Virus record (IMG/VR): IMGVR_UViG_3300035181_000471
Coordinates: 157,218-221,217 of that record
Strand: one strand, 5' to 3'
Length of the DNA: 64,000 nucleotides
Made by a program: the position numbers and the translations under genes. Below, one piece after another: positions 49,756-59,444 of the stretch; position 1 is the stretch's first letter; each line of letters starts with the position of its first letter. Below the pieces are notes generated by a model. The model was not told the DNA's origin and made no database searches. It saw only the letters and a program-made list of their open reading frames with translations.

Positions 49756-51816
49756 ATGAAGCAAGCATTCATTAGCGAGAAATATGGGACTCTCACACTG
49801 AGCGTCCTCAGGGATGCCAATCCCCGTATGCAGATTACCGTGGACCTAGGTCTACCTACCTTTCCACAGTTCTCGCTAACTTTACCATTCCCTGAGACAG
49901 AAGCTCTAAACTCCAACTATATCTTCAGTTGTGGAGTAGCTCTTCTCGTTGAACAAATGCATATCTTCTTGAATGAGAGGGGATTCGTTGAGACCGTCAT
50001 TGTGGGTCTCATGGAAAGCCTTTATCTAGCCTTAGAGCAATACAAAGTGGAAAACAAGGAAGCCTTTGAGGAGGGAGATCCTTGTGAGGTTCATGAAGTT
50101 AAATTCGGCGTGTCCGTTGACTTCTATAGGGAAGTCCAGGAACACCTAGTATCCAATAAACAAGCCGCTCCTTATGTGAACCATGCCAAAGAGTTTGAGC
50201 TTCGTCTGAAGAAAAGACAGATGGATAAGTCCCAGGAGACAAAGGCCAAAGAAGAAGCTGGGGAGATCATTAGCCGCTTCAAGAACAATATCTATAAGAA
50301 CACACCCGGTCAGCTATTCGTGACCCTCTATGACCGTAATGGGAAGCCTGCTGGTGTTGCTAGAGTGACTAATCAAGGCTTGACCAAGTTTGCTGAGGAG
50401 AAGGAAGCCGCTACCTGGAAAAACTTCGTCCGTGGTGAATACTGGCTTAACTCCGACAATGGTCACTACATGGACTGCCAGACTGGTGACTACAACCACG
50501 AGTCCTATGCACAAGAGACAATTATTTGTGGTCGCTGGGATGATATCAAGCAAGCCTTAGAGGAGAACTATCTCAGATTAAAATCCATGAACCCGGATTT
50601 AGTGGCTAGGGAAACTGGAGTGGAGATCGAAGAGTTAGCAGAGGAGTGGAGGGAAATAGCTTCCGTTAATGACCCCCTAACTAATGCAGTCGCTTGGGAT
50701 TTCCAATACACTTCCTTATGGACCTCACTACCAGAGCAAGAACAGAACGAGCTATTCAATAACGATTACGAGCTTTACAGGAGAGATATTCGTTACTTCT
50801 TCATGAAGCATTATAATGAGATCAGAGTTATCAACAATAACTTCGAAGTATGGAAACTCACATCTCAGAACATGAATGCTATCACCTCTTTCATCCTAGA
50901 GATGGCTGGGGATCGCCTAGATAACTCAGCCGAGTTAATGATCGAAGAAGTTTCAACTAAGCGTTGGGCTTCCGTCCCATTGGGCGAGTTTCTCAACATG
51001 AAACATCCTGGACAAATGTGGAGAGCGCATGGAACTGTGTTGGCTGGTAAGGTCGCCTTCGCTGAGTTCAGAGCTAAAGAGCTAGAGGTTGGAGATTATT
51101 ACACCTCTCCTGAGAACCAAGCGGATACCATGAAGGTCTTAACCAAGGACATGAAGAACGGCTTTGTGTTTCTTGAGGTCGAAATGGCCGATGGAGAGCA
51201 GAAGAGTATTCGTTACGATGCCAATAAGATCCTTTATCTAGGCCGTAGCTTCGCAAAGACAGGACTATTTAACCCCGAAACTTTCACCTTCTCTAGAACC
51301 CAATTCTCCAACAAGCCCCTACCACGAGGGATGTATAAGTTCAAGATGGATGAGGAAAAGAAGACCATCTATCAAGAGTCTATCCAACTCCCTCCCCCAG
51401 AGCCAGAACACCGCGCCAGCAAGACTGCCGCTGAAAATGTATACATGGTTGACGAGGGTGATGGCACTCCTCAGTTCTTAAACATTGAGCTAGAGAGTCG
51501 TTTCGGAAACTGGCATCTTCGTGTTAAGGATAGTGCTGAAGCTGAATGGATCATCGCTGACATTGAGCTAGACTCTATTGATCGTCCAATGACGGCCAAG
51601 GGTAAGAACTCATGGGACCTTGAAAGGGATCTAAAGAGCAAGATTGATTGGCATTATATCATGCTAAAGAAAGACCTGAAGAGAGAGATTGAGTCAGGCC
51701 ACAAACCAAAGTATACATACCATGATCTAGAGCTTGATAATGCAAGACTTATACAGGAAATGATCTATGAGGTGGAACGACATCTCGGACCTGAACAACC
51801 AAAAACGAGGTGGTAA
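49756..51816 (+). CDS. K-x-A-segmented multidomain protein, putative head cargo
   Basis: Likely start MKQAF; linkers KEAF, KQAA, KFAE, KEAA, KVAF and KTAA. Includes an SH3-like segment (AKELEVGD...). Confidence 0.6.
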   Translation: MKQAFISEKYGTLTLSVLRDANPRMQITVDLGLPTFPQFSLTLPFPETEALNSNYIFSCGVALLVEQMHIFLNERGFVETVIVGLMESLYLALEQYKVENKEAFEEGDPCEVHEVKFGVSVDFYREVQEHLVSNKQAAPYVNHAKEFELRLKKRQMDKSQETKAKEEAGEIISRFKNNIYKNTPGQLFVTLYDRNGKPAGVARVTNQGLTKFAEEKEAATWKNFVRGEYWLNSDNGHYMDCQTGDYNHESYAQETIICGRWDDIKQALEENYLRLKSMNPDLVARETGVEIEELAEEWREIASVNDPLTNAVAWDFQYTSLWTSLPEQEQNELFNNDYELYRRDIRYFFMKHYNEIRVINNNFEVWKLTSQNMNAITSFILEMAGDRLDNSAELMIEEVSTKRWASVPLGEFLNMKHPGQMWRAHGTVLAGKVAFAEFRAKELEVGDYYTSPENQADTMKVLTKDMKNGFVFLEVEMADGEQKSIRYDANKILYLGRSFAKTGLFNPETFTFSRTQFSNKPLPRGMYKFKMDEEKKTIYQESIQLPPPEPEHRASKTAAENVYMVDEGDGTPQFLNIELESRFGNWHLRVKDSAEAEWIIADIELDSIDRPMTAKGKNSWDLERDLKSKIDWHYIMLKKDLKREIESGHKPKYTYHDLELDNARLIQEMIYEVERHLGPEQPKTRW

Positions 51817-53423
51817 TGTTTCGCTTTAAAAATTTCTTTCTAACTGCGGCGGCTTCTCAGGCTAAGAAGGATGCGCTTGTAAAAAAATATAAACTTGACC
51901 CGCAAGTCGTGGATAAGTTGGCCGACATTGACCCAACTCCGAATGGCGAATTCACGGACTGGTTATGCCGTGAAGCGTCCAGAACTCATCTCCCAGGCTT
52001 ACGCCAGTTAAGCGAGATCAATACATATCTACAAGAGTATATCAAGCTCAAGCGTAATCCTGAATGGAAGGGCGAGAAGAATGTCCTAAACCTGTCTTAT
52101 GATGCCTTCAAGACTTTGATAGAGGCAGCATCTCGTGAGGACTACTCTAAGAAACAAAAGGTTAGAGACATTGAAGAGAATGCCAAGAAGTATATCAGAG
52201 ATGGCGTCAACTACCTAGGCAAAGTCGAGGGAGCTTACTGCTATCAAATATTGACTCCTGAAGCATCACAAGTCATGTCAGCAGGAACTCATTGGTGTAC
52301 TCAAAGTGAGAGCTATAGTAAGAGCTACTTATCGGACGGCAGACTCTATGTCTTCACTAAATCTGGAAGTCAGAATTCTTATGGTAACGACAAATACGCT
52401 CAGATTTATGTATCAGAAAACAGGATCGAGGGGGAACTGGCTAGTGGCAATGACATAACCTCAAACAATACCTGGGGTTTAGTGTTCAATGACGAAACCT
52501 TAAAATTTATGGAGTTTTTAGGCCAATTCGATGGTCTAGTAAAGAAGGGTCTAGAAGAAGGTAAAATCCGTGTAAAATCGGGAGCCGCCAGAGAGTGCCA
52601 CGAGTGCGGTGGGGAAATTGATGAAGATGACGACGATATTAGAACAGATGATGATGGTAACTACTATCACACAGACTGCTACTATGATCGTTATTCATCT
52701 TGTGAAAATTGCGGGAATGAGATTGACAGAGAGAACGACTACTACGCATATACCGATGACGGCTTTTTTTGCTCTGACTGTTCTAGGCATTGCCCTCATT
52801 GTGATGAAAGCTATAGAACTGCTGGTAGAGGAGCCACCGATTTTTACGATGTTAACTTAGAAGGAAGGGAGCTAGCCGTGTGCGAAAGCTGCTTCATGCA
52901 TGACTTCTACAGTTGTGCTAGCTGTGGTGAGGGCTTTGAGCAGGGTACCAATATGGAGTTCAATGGTGATGAAGTTTGCCCTAGTTGCTTTGCCAAAGAG
53001 TGGGATGAAGACACTGGTAGCATCATAGACGCTTGGGTAGAGTCTGAAGGTCTAGGTGACACCATTAAGGCAGAAGTTATAGCTTATGCTGAGAAACGCT
53101 TCCAGGAGATAAAATTAGCTGTAGTTTACCCATACTATGAGAAGATGAAGAAGGAAGGCTATCTCTACGACTGGAACGATGTAGACCTAGCAACAGCACT
53201 AGAGTTTGTCCCCCCAGGCCAAGAGCAGGCATTAGAGGCTCTTCGTAAGATGGTGAAGGCACCCTTGGACTACATTCTAGAGAAGCTTCCAGAAGCCATA
53301 AGAGAGGACGCTCACCCCAATGAAAAGTGGGACGCCAGCGAGATTGTCTCCTGGCTTGAAGACAACGGAATCATCGAAGACGATCAGTATCAAAATAACC
53401 TAGTAGAACTCCTGGTTGACTAA
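51816..53423 (+). CDS. DPT/WCT-family protein with four tandem zinc ribbons
   Basis: IDPTPNGEFTDWL...GTHWCTQ...YL..GRLYV, followed by CHEC/CENC/CPHC/CASC repeats. ATG overlaps the previous stop. Confidence 0.7.
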   Translation: MFRFKNFFLTAAASQAKKDALVKKYKLDPQVVDKLADIDPTPNGEFTDWLCREASRTHLPGLRQLSEINTYLQEYIKLKRNPEWKGEKNVLNLSYDAFKTLIEAASREDYSKKQKVRDIEENAKKYIRDGVNYLGKVEGAYCYQILTPEASQVMSAGTHWCTQSESYSKSYLSDGRLYVFTKSGSQNSYGNDKYAQIYVSENRIEGELASGNDITSNNTWGLVFNDETLKFMEFLGQFDGLVKKGLEEGKIRVKSGAARECHECGGEIDEDDDDIRTDDDGNYYHTDCYYDRYSSCENCGNEIDRENDYYAYTDDGFFCSDCSRHCPHCDESYRTAGRGATDFYDVNLEGRELAVCESCFMHDFYSCASCGEGFEQGTNMEFNGDEVCPSCFAKEWDEDTGSIIDAWVESEGLGDTIKAEVIAYAEKRFQEIKLAVVYPYYEKMKKEGYLYDWNDVDLATALEFVPPGQEQALEALRKMVKAPLDYILEKLPEAIREDAHPNEKWDASEIVSWLEDNGIIEDDQYQNNLVELLVD

Positions 53424-53785
53424 TGAGTGTCTTATCCCCCATCCTTCGCTTAGCCCAGGACAACACGCTTTTGTTCTGGTGCCCCGGCTGTAACGAATGC
53501 CACGGAGTAAAGGTTGGAGATGGCCCCGGCCCTAGGTGGGCTTGGAACACTGACCCTACTAAACCCACTTTCACCCCCTCTATTTTAGTAAGATCAGGAC
53601 ATTATATGCCAGATCATAAAGGAGAATGCTGGTGTGACTATAATAAACTATATCCTGAGGACTTAGGTGGTTATAAATGCTCTGTATGTCATTCATTTAT
53701 ACAAGAAGGTAGTATAATTTTCTTGGATGACTGCACTCATACACTAAGAGGTCAGACAGTCCCTCTACCAGAATGGACAAACTGA
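53423..53785 (+). CDS. DUF6527-like Cys/His metal-binding protein
   Basis: FWCPGC..CH...W.WN....PTFTPSILV...CHSFI..G.I.FL.DCTH.L.GQTV.LP. Confidence 0.7.
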   Translation: MSVLSPILRLAQDNTLLFWCPGCNECHGVKVGDGPGPRWAWNTDPTKPTFTPSILVRSGHYMPDHKGECWCDYNKLYPEDLGGYKCSVCHSFIQEGSIIFLDDCTHTLRGQTVPLPEWTN

Positions 53786-53934
53786 TGAAAGGCTACAGAT
53801 TAGACGGCTACACACCAATGACCCAGGAAGAGATTGACGCTTGGGATGACAGAGAAGAACGCCTAAAACTGGGTAGATTCCCGCAAAGTCAGTATAGTAA
53901 AGAGGGTGAGAATAGCCACCACTATGAAGAATAA
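53785..53934 (+). CDS. small hypothetical protein (49 aa, not in ORF track)
   Basis: TGATG coupling; MKGYRLDGYTPMTQEEIDAWDDREERLKLGRFPQSQYSKEGENSHHYEE*. Confidence 0.5.
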   Translation: MKGYRLDGYTPMTQEEIDAWDDREERLKLGRFPQSQYSKEGENSHHYEE

Positions 53935-53988
53935 CAACGATTGATCAGGAATCTTATTCCCGTATCTATGATAGATAGAGGACTCTAA

Positions 53989-56784
53989 ATGAAACTTAGT
54001 GCATTGACTCTCTTAGCCGCCATTTCTGATGGGAAGAAGCGTATTCTAATGGACCGCTATGGTGCCACAGAAGAACAGCTAACCATTGTAGATGCCGCAG
54101 ACCCAACATCCTCCGGCACATATGCTGAGTGGATTACTCGTTCCTGGCTTAACCAGCACCTAATCAACCTTCCTGAAGACACCGCTATTGTCCGTGCTGA
54201 CCTAGGTAAGTTCAATCGTGTTAAGAATAAGGCTGAGTGGGGACAGAACTCCAAGGATGTAATGACTTACAATCCCGAGAGACTTCGTGCCGCCCTACTC
54301 ACCGTAACTGAGCCAAAGGCTGAAGGCATCCCTGATGTCTCCGCTGAAGTCCTCATTGATGACGGAACTTACATTATGTGGAAGGTCACCACCGTAGCTG
54401 ACGCTATGGCGCTATCCGCTAAGTCCGGTTGGTGTACAAAAGGCGAGAATATGGCTTCTCATTACCTAAAGGAAGCTCCTTTATACACCGCATTCAAGAA
54501 CGGTGAGCCTCTCTTCCAGTATCACTCTGGCGGAACCACCGGACACCCCCAGTTCATGAACCGCTTCAACTCCACCATGCAGTCTGCAAAGATCATGAAT
54601 GCTGAAGCTTACGACCTCATCTCAAGAGTTCCAAACCCAGATCCCGACCTTGTTACCGTTCTAGAAAAGTTCAAGGCTCCTAACCTATCTGAAGCTGAAA
54701 CCTTCTCCTACCTCAAGGATGTCCTCGCCACCAATCCAGAGTTCGCTAAGGGAAACAAAGAGTTTCAGGAACTAGAAAGAAGGTTCCTTGAGCAGAGATA
54801 CAAGATCTTCGATGAAGAAGAGCTAGTGGCCCTCATCGACAAGTATGGGCGCACTGGAGAAGTCGTATCCAAGTTCCTTGAGGACAACCCAAGAGTCCGT
54901 GGTATCATCAAGAAAATTGAAGACACCCCCGACTGGGCCGCTCTCTGTAAGGCTATGGAGAACAATGAAACCTTTGACGAGAACGAAAAGAAGATCATCT
55001 TTAAGATCCCTGGCCTATTCTCCAAGGTATTCGCCAAGTTCTCAGCCGCTAATAATTTTGATGCTGAAGTTGCTACACTAAAGTCTCTGATCAAAGAAGG
55101 TAAGGACACAGAAGCCTACGAGCTAGCCAACAAGCTAGTCAAGCTCCTAGGAAGTGGATTCCAAGAGCAGAGATACCGTTACTACAATGACCCTCAGGGA
55201 ACCATACCTTGCATTAAGAACTCTGCTGGCTATGCCGCCGTTCAGAAATACAAAGACATCATCATCAACATGGTTCGTCCTTTGATGGCCTCCACTCTAA
55301 CCAACATCGCCAATAAGGGTCTCGGTCTAACCGAACTAGCCAAGGAACTAAATGAAGCCATCGACAAGATCCAATCTGCCGCTAACAACGACAACAAAGT
55401 AATTGAGTGGTGCAACAAGCGTAGAAAGGAAATCCTAGTCCCTGCGGCTAAGGCTTCCGTAGCTGAGGCTGTTGCTAGTGCCTCTACTTTAACCGATCTA
55501 GCACAGGTCATGGGAACTGTTGAGCGCAATCTAGATCAAGCTCATATCAACTGGCAGGAAAAAAACGAAATCAAGGAAGAGATCAAAACCAATTCCATCA
55601 TCCCTAGGATCAAGGAAGAGTTTGATGCTATCACCAACTCCTCTGCTGGGAAGTCCTTCGAAGAGCTAGCCAAGGAATTCAAGGACAAGTATAACGAAGT
55701 CATCGGTGTATTCAGATACGACAGCACTATCGAAGGTGTCCTTGCCTCTATCGGTAAGGAAATGCTAACTGCTGGCCTAACCACCGATCTTGCCACTGTT
55801 CCTAAGTTGAAAGCCGTCACTGACAGACTCGACGCTCTAGACCTAGAGACCTTCCACTGGGCCGAGCGTATTGCTGAGAACCGCAAGGCTGAGATTCGTG
55901 CTGAGCGAGATGCCAAGGCACAGGCTCGTGGTGAGGCTCGTGGAACTGGTGATACCACAGTAAGAACTCGCTACGCTCCAAAGAAGGAGCTAGAGACTTA
56001 CTACAATCTAATGAGAGCATGGCAACACAACCCTGACACGGTAGCTCGTGGCGAGAAGCCTAAGCTCTCTGACAGGGGAGAAACATTCCTAATTACATCT
56101 CCTACTATCAATCTTAGTGACGCAATCACCTACTTCAAGGAGCAGGGTAAGACCTCTCCAGAATTAGAAGCCAAGATTCTAGCTTCCAATAATCTCAGTG
56201 CTGGTATTTCCTACTTGAGAGAGGTAAAGAAGGAAGCATGGCCTGAGCTAGCCGAGAAAATTCTTGATTATGGTTTTGATTCCGAATACGCCAAGGCTTA
56301 CAAGGAAGTAGTCTTCAAGGACAAGGAATGGCCTGAACAGAAAGCCAAGGCTGTTGCGGCGTTCACCAATGATTCCGTAGCTCAGAACCACTACCTCATC
56401 AATGAGATGAAACAGTATAATGATAAGAACAACGAGGGAGCCAAGTGGGGCCTTCTAGAGAAGAAAGCCTTAGACTTCCTATCCTCTGGTCAGTTCGACA
56501 GCATCAGACACGCTTGGTGGGTGAATGATCGCTTCTTTGAACCTCTCCTCGCCTATGTCAAGTCTACCAAGAGCCGTCTAGATAAGAAGCTAGAAGAGAA
56601 GGTCTGTGAGAAGAATGAAGACTTCGCCACCAAGTATCTCTTCACTCTAATCCCCAAGGATAAGATCTCTGAGATCATCGAAAAGTATTCCGCCGCAACT
56701 GAGGCATCAGAAAAAGCCAAGACTTCTTCGCACCACTTTAACCTCTTCGCCGCACTAATGAAGGAATTGGAGAACTACCTATGA
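53989..56784 (+). CDS. DPT/WCT-family protein with long helical region and WPE repeats
   Basis: ADPTSSGTYAEWI...KDVMTY...SGWCTK...HYLKEAPLY; C-terminal Y...(W)PE repeats. Confidence 0.7.
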   Translation: MKLSALTLLAAISDGKKRILMDRYGATEEQLTIVDAADPTSSGTYAEWITRSWLNQHLINLPEDTAIVRADLGKFNRVKNKAEWGQNSKDVMTYNPERLRAALLTVTEPKAEGIPDVSAEVLIDDGTYIMWKVTTVADAMALSAKSGWCTKGENMASHYLKEAPLYTAFKNGEPLFQYHSGGTTGHPQFMNRFNSTMQSAKIMNAEAYDLISRVPNPDPDLVTVLEKFKAPNLSEAETFSYLKDVLATNPEFAKGNKEFQELERRFLEQRYKIFDEEELVALIDKYGRTGEVVSKFLEDNPRVRGIIKKIEDTPDWAALCKAMENNETFDENEKKIIFKIPGLFSKVFAKFSAANNFDAEVATLKSLIKEGKDTEAYELANKLVKLLGSGFQEQRYRYYNDPQGTIPCIKNSAGYAAVQKYKDIIINMVRPLMASTLTNIANKGLGLTELAKELNEAIDKIQSAANNDNKVIEWCNKRRKEILVPAAKASVAEAVASASTLTDLAQVMGTVERNLDQAHINWQEKNEIKEEIKTNSIIPRIKEEFDAITNSSAGKSFEELAKEFKDKYNEVIGVFRYDSTIEGVLASIGKEMLTAGLTTDLATVPKLKAVTDRLDALDLETFHWAERIAENRKAEIRAERDAKAQARGEARGTGDTTVRTRYAPKKELETYYNLMRAWQHNPDTVARGEKPKLSDRGETFLITSPTINLSDAITYFKEQGKTSPELEAKILASNNLSAGISYLREVKKEAWPELAEKILDYGFDSEYAKAYKEVVFKDKEWPEQKAKAVAAFTNDSVAQNHYLINEMKQYNDKNNEGAKWGLLEKKALDFLSSGQFDSIRHAWWVNDRFFEPLLAYVKSTKSRLDKKLEEKVCEKNEDFATKYLFTLIPKDKISEIIEKYSAATEASEKAKTSSHHFNLFAALMKELENYL

Positions 56785-57350
56785 GTCTAACGGACAGCGT
56801 TACCCCAATTAGAAAGGGTCACATTAGGATCTTTGAAGAGGGTAATCCTTCCAACATCCTATATGAGAACGACAATGCTATCTGCAACGGAGCCTCTTGG
56901 CTCTTCGCTAGAATGTTCGCCAACATCAATGAGCCTCAGAATGGGGTATGGGGTCTAGCTGTAGGCGCTGGTGATTCTACATGGCCTGCTAACAACCAGC
57001 CAGATGCCATGCCTACCCAGACTGCCATTATCACCCCAATCGCCCGTAAGCCCCTGTCTAGCGCCAAGATGGTCGATGCCAATTTCAATCAGGTAGAGCA
57101 TTCCACCTTAGTTGAGTTCCAGACCGTTCTAAACGCAACTACAGATAACCTCCTGATTCCCATCAGAGAGATGGGTCTAATCGGTGGCGGGACCGCTGGC
57201 ACGGATATGATGAACCAGATCAACACCCCCTTCTTTGATCCAACCAACCCAAACAACAATAGCGCCGTTCTAATCAACTACAAGACCCTCCCTCCCCTTC
57301 TCCTACCTTCCGGTATTAACTTTGTGTTCTCTTGGACCCTCGCATTTTGA
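56781..57350 (+). CDS. tail-collar/baseplate-type structural protein
   Basis: N.I.N....LFA...GLAVGAG...IARKP...IREMGLIGG...LINYKT......FSWTLAF, a pattern seen in myophage collar/baseplate proteins. Confidence 0.65.
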   Translation: MSLTDSVTPIRKGHIRIFEEGNPSNILYENDNAICNGASWLFARMFANINEPQNGVWGLAVGAGDSTWPANNQPDAMPTQTAIITPIARKPLSSAKMVDANFNQVEHSTLVEFQTVLNATTDNLLIPIREMGLIGGGTAGTDMMNQINTPFFDPTNPNNNSAVLINYKTLPPLLLPSGINFVFSWTLAF

Positions 57351-57393
57351 CCAAAAATACAAACTTTCAGTATTGTTGTATACTGGAGTGTTT

Positions 57394-58500
57394 GTGCCAA
57401 GAACAAAAGAAGCTCAGAAGTTATATCTAGAAGCTAAGAGAAATGAAACCCCGCCTGAGGGTCAGCTATGTGAAAATGGCTGTAACTCATTGGCGGGGTT
57501 TCACCTTATGCGTAGCATCAAAACAGAAACCGGGACAATTATTAGGTGGTTCTGGTGTTGTTCCAACCACTACAGAAAATGTCCTGCCAAACTCAAAAAG
57601 GCTGAAGAAGCCCGAACCGCCACTTCGCTAGCTAAGTATGGTGTAGCTCATCATATGCAGCTAGCCGAGACTATTGAAAAACGAGATAAGACATCTGTTA
57701 AACTCTTCGGAGTTTCTCATGCCATGAAGCTACCTGAAGTAATAGAACGAAAGCATCAAACCGAAATAAAGAATAATGGAGACCTGGGTCAAAGTTACAG
57801 GACTAGATCGGCGGCTCTCATGGACACTCACGGAGTGGAGAACATCTCCCAGGTTCCTGGTGTAGCAGAGAAGATACAAGAGTCTATCCTACAGAGGTTT
57901 GGGGGTTACTTCTCCTCTAACGAAGAGTGGAAGCGCCAGTATAAGGAGGTCACTGGTTATGAACACCCCAGGCAAAGACCGGAGGTTGAAGCGCAAAGAG
58001 CCTTGACTTGTATTCAAAGATATGGGGTTAAATACCCTCTTCAAATAGGGGTATTTAGACAGAAAGCCAGGGCTACATTCTTAAGGAAATACGGCGCTCC
58101 CCATCCAATGCAGTCACCAGCTTTCTATTTTGCTAAGCTGAGAAACGGGTATAAATGGAAGCCCTTTACTTATCCAAGCGGACGAGTCATAAACACTCAA
58201 GGATATGAATCTTTGATCATTCAAGAGCTTCTAGATTCAGGAGTCCAAGAAGAAGACATCTATGTTGGGTTAGAATGCCCCAACTTCGAATACTCATTTG
58301 AAGGCAAAGAGCGTAGATATTACCCTGATATCTATGTAAAGAGTCAGAATTTAATCATTGAGGTTAAGTCTACTTACACCTATCAAAGAAATTACGAGCT
58401 AAATCAAGCTAAGAAAGCTAGCATAAAATCTGCTGGTTATGAGTTTCAATTTAGAGTTAAGCACCCTAACCGTCTGCAAGAAACTACTTTAATCAACTAA
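57394..58500 (+). mobile_element. putative homing endonuclease: (K/R)YGV repeats plus PD-(D/E)xK nuclease domain
   Basis: Repeats KYGVAH, LFGVSH, THGVEN, RYGVKY and KYGAPH; C-terminal QGYE...RRYYPDIY...IIEVKS. Likely GTG start at 57394 after GGAG. Confidence 0.7.
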
Positions 58501-58529
58501 TAGACTCTCAGTATAGAAGGGAGACCAGC

Positions 58530-58634
58530 ATGGCTCTAGACGGAAAGAACAGCAAGAAGATCATCAAGAAGAAAGTTACCAAGCGCAAGAAGACCTCGCC
58601 TAGAGGTAAAAAGGTTAAGAAGCACGAGAGATAA
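58530..58634 (+). CDS. 34-aa highly basic peptide (not in ORF track)
   Basis: MALDGKNSKKIIKKKVTKRKKTSPRGKKVKKHER*, with late motif at 58496-58517, GGGAG RBS and a downstream terminator. Confidence 0.7.
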   Translation: MALDGKNSKKIIKKKVTKRKKTSPRGKKVKKHER

Positions 58635-58649
58635 TCAGGCATCTCCGTA

Positions 58650-58697
58650 AGAAATCCCCTCCAGTCCGAGTATTATATGGGTGGAGGGGATTTTTCT
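58650..58697 (+). terminator. intrinsic terminator
   Basis: AAATCCCCTCCA / TGGAGGGGATTT stem followed by a T run. Confidence 0.75.
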
Positions 58698-58866
58698 ATC
58701 GTTGAGGGCGGGATCGAGTCCTGGTAAGTGACCCCCGCGCCCCCAGCCGCCTCAACCCTAGCTACAAAATTAAGTGGCGTCAGCCACCGCGAAAATTTAG
58801 AGTGATTTACATCACACCGTATTCTATCCCCCAAGAGCAGTTCATCAAGACAGGAGTGCCAGACCC

Positions 58867-59091
58867 ATGCCGATGGTAGAGTTCTCATGCAAGTGTGGTC
58901 ATAACTGGATAGAGGAGGTGCAGGTAGCCCCTGTAATGTCCCTTCAATTCCTGGTTGCCAACCCATGCATTGAATGTGGCAATATGCCTTATCGCGCCGA
59001 GAGAAGACCATCCAGGGACTTCTACAAGGATAGGGACGCCATGAATGCGAAAGACATAGCGATAGCGAAAAGCCTGGGAATTAAGTTATAG
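58867..59091 (+). CDS. FmdB-like zinc-ribbon protein
   Basis: MPMVEFSCKCGHNW...PCIECG; AGGAG RBS. Confidence 0.65.
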   Translation: MPMVEFSCKCGHNWIEEVQVAPVMSLQFLVANPCIECGNMPYRAERRPSRDFYKDRDAMNAKDIAIAKSLGIKL

Positions 59092-59114
59092 CCATCTCTT
59101 TATAGGGAGGCTAT

Positions 59115-59444
59115 ATGGAAGAAGGCTTGACAATGCGACACCTTACCGGGGACAAGTACGAAGTGTCTCTAGGAGGATGTAAAGCCATAATCGAATTTCA
59201 TCATGGCTATGTAGAGGTCAAGGTAATCACCTCTGAAAATAAGCGTAAGGGCGAAGCCCGACAGCTACTCCTTAAATTGAAGGACCGCTACGGTCATGTC
59301 GAAACGGAATCATGCATAGACTCAAGCATAGCCGCCGAGGGAGCCCAAGGAGCGGAACCCTTTTGGCAAGCCATGTTGAATGAAGGCGTGGTAAGATTAG
59401 TAGGAACGATGGAAGGCAGAACACTACGGAGCAAACATGAGTAG
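59115..59444 (+). CDS. GNAT-like acetyltransferase
   Basis: NKRKGEARQLL (motif A, R-x-x-G-x-A) and AEPFWQAM; GGGAGG RBS. Confidence 0.55.
   Translation: MEEGLTMRHLTGDKYEVSLGGCKAIIEFHHGYVEVKVITSENKRKGEARQLLLKLKDRYGHVETESCIDSSIAAEGAQGAEPFWQAMLNEGVVRLVGTMEGRTLRSKHE

Noticed and set aside
907-57277. Numerous antisense and alternate-frame ORFs in the track (e.g. 907-1551, 5072-5680, 9072-9917, 32015-32443, 54765-55958, and also 390-572)
   Set aside because: They lie within long, well-supported genes, lack RBSs and motifs, and are explained by codon bias in the real frame.
58700-58760. tRNA or SRP RNA
   Set aside because: An acceptor-like stem exists, but there is no proper D, anticodon or T arm and no SRP GGAA/AGCAG core. 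Kept only as an unclassified structure.
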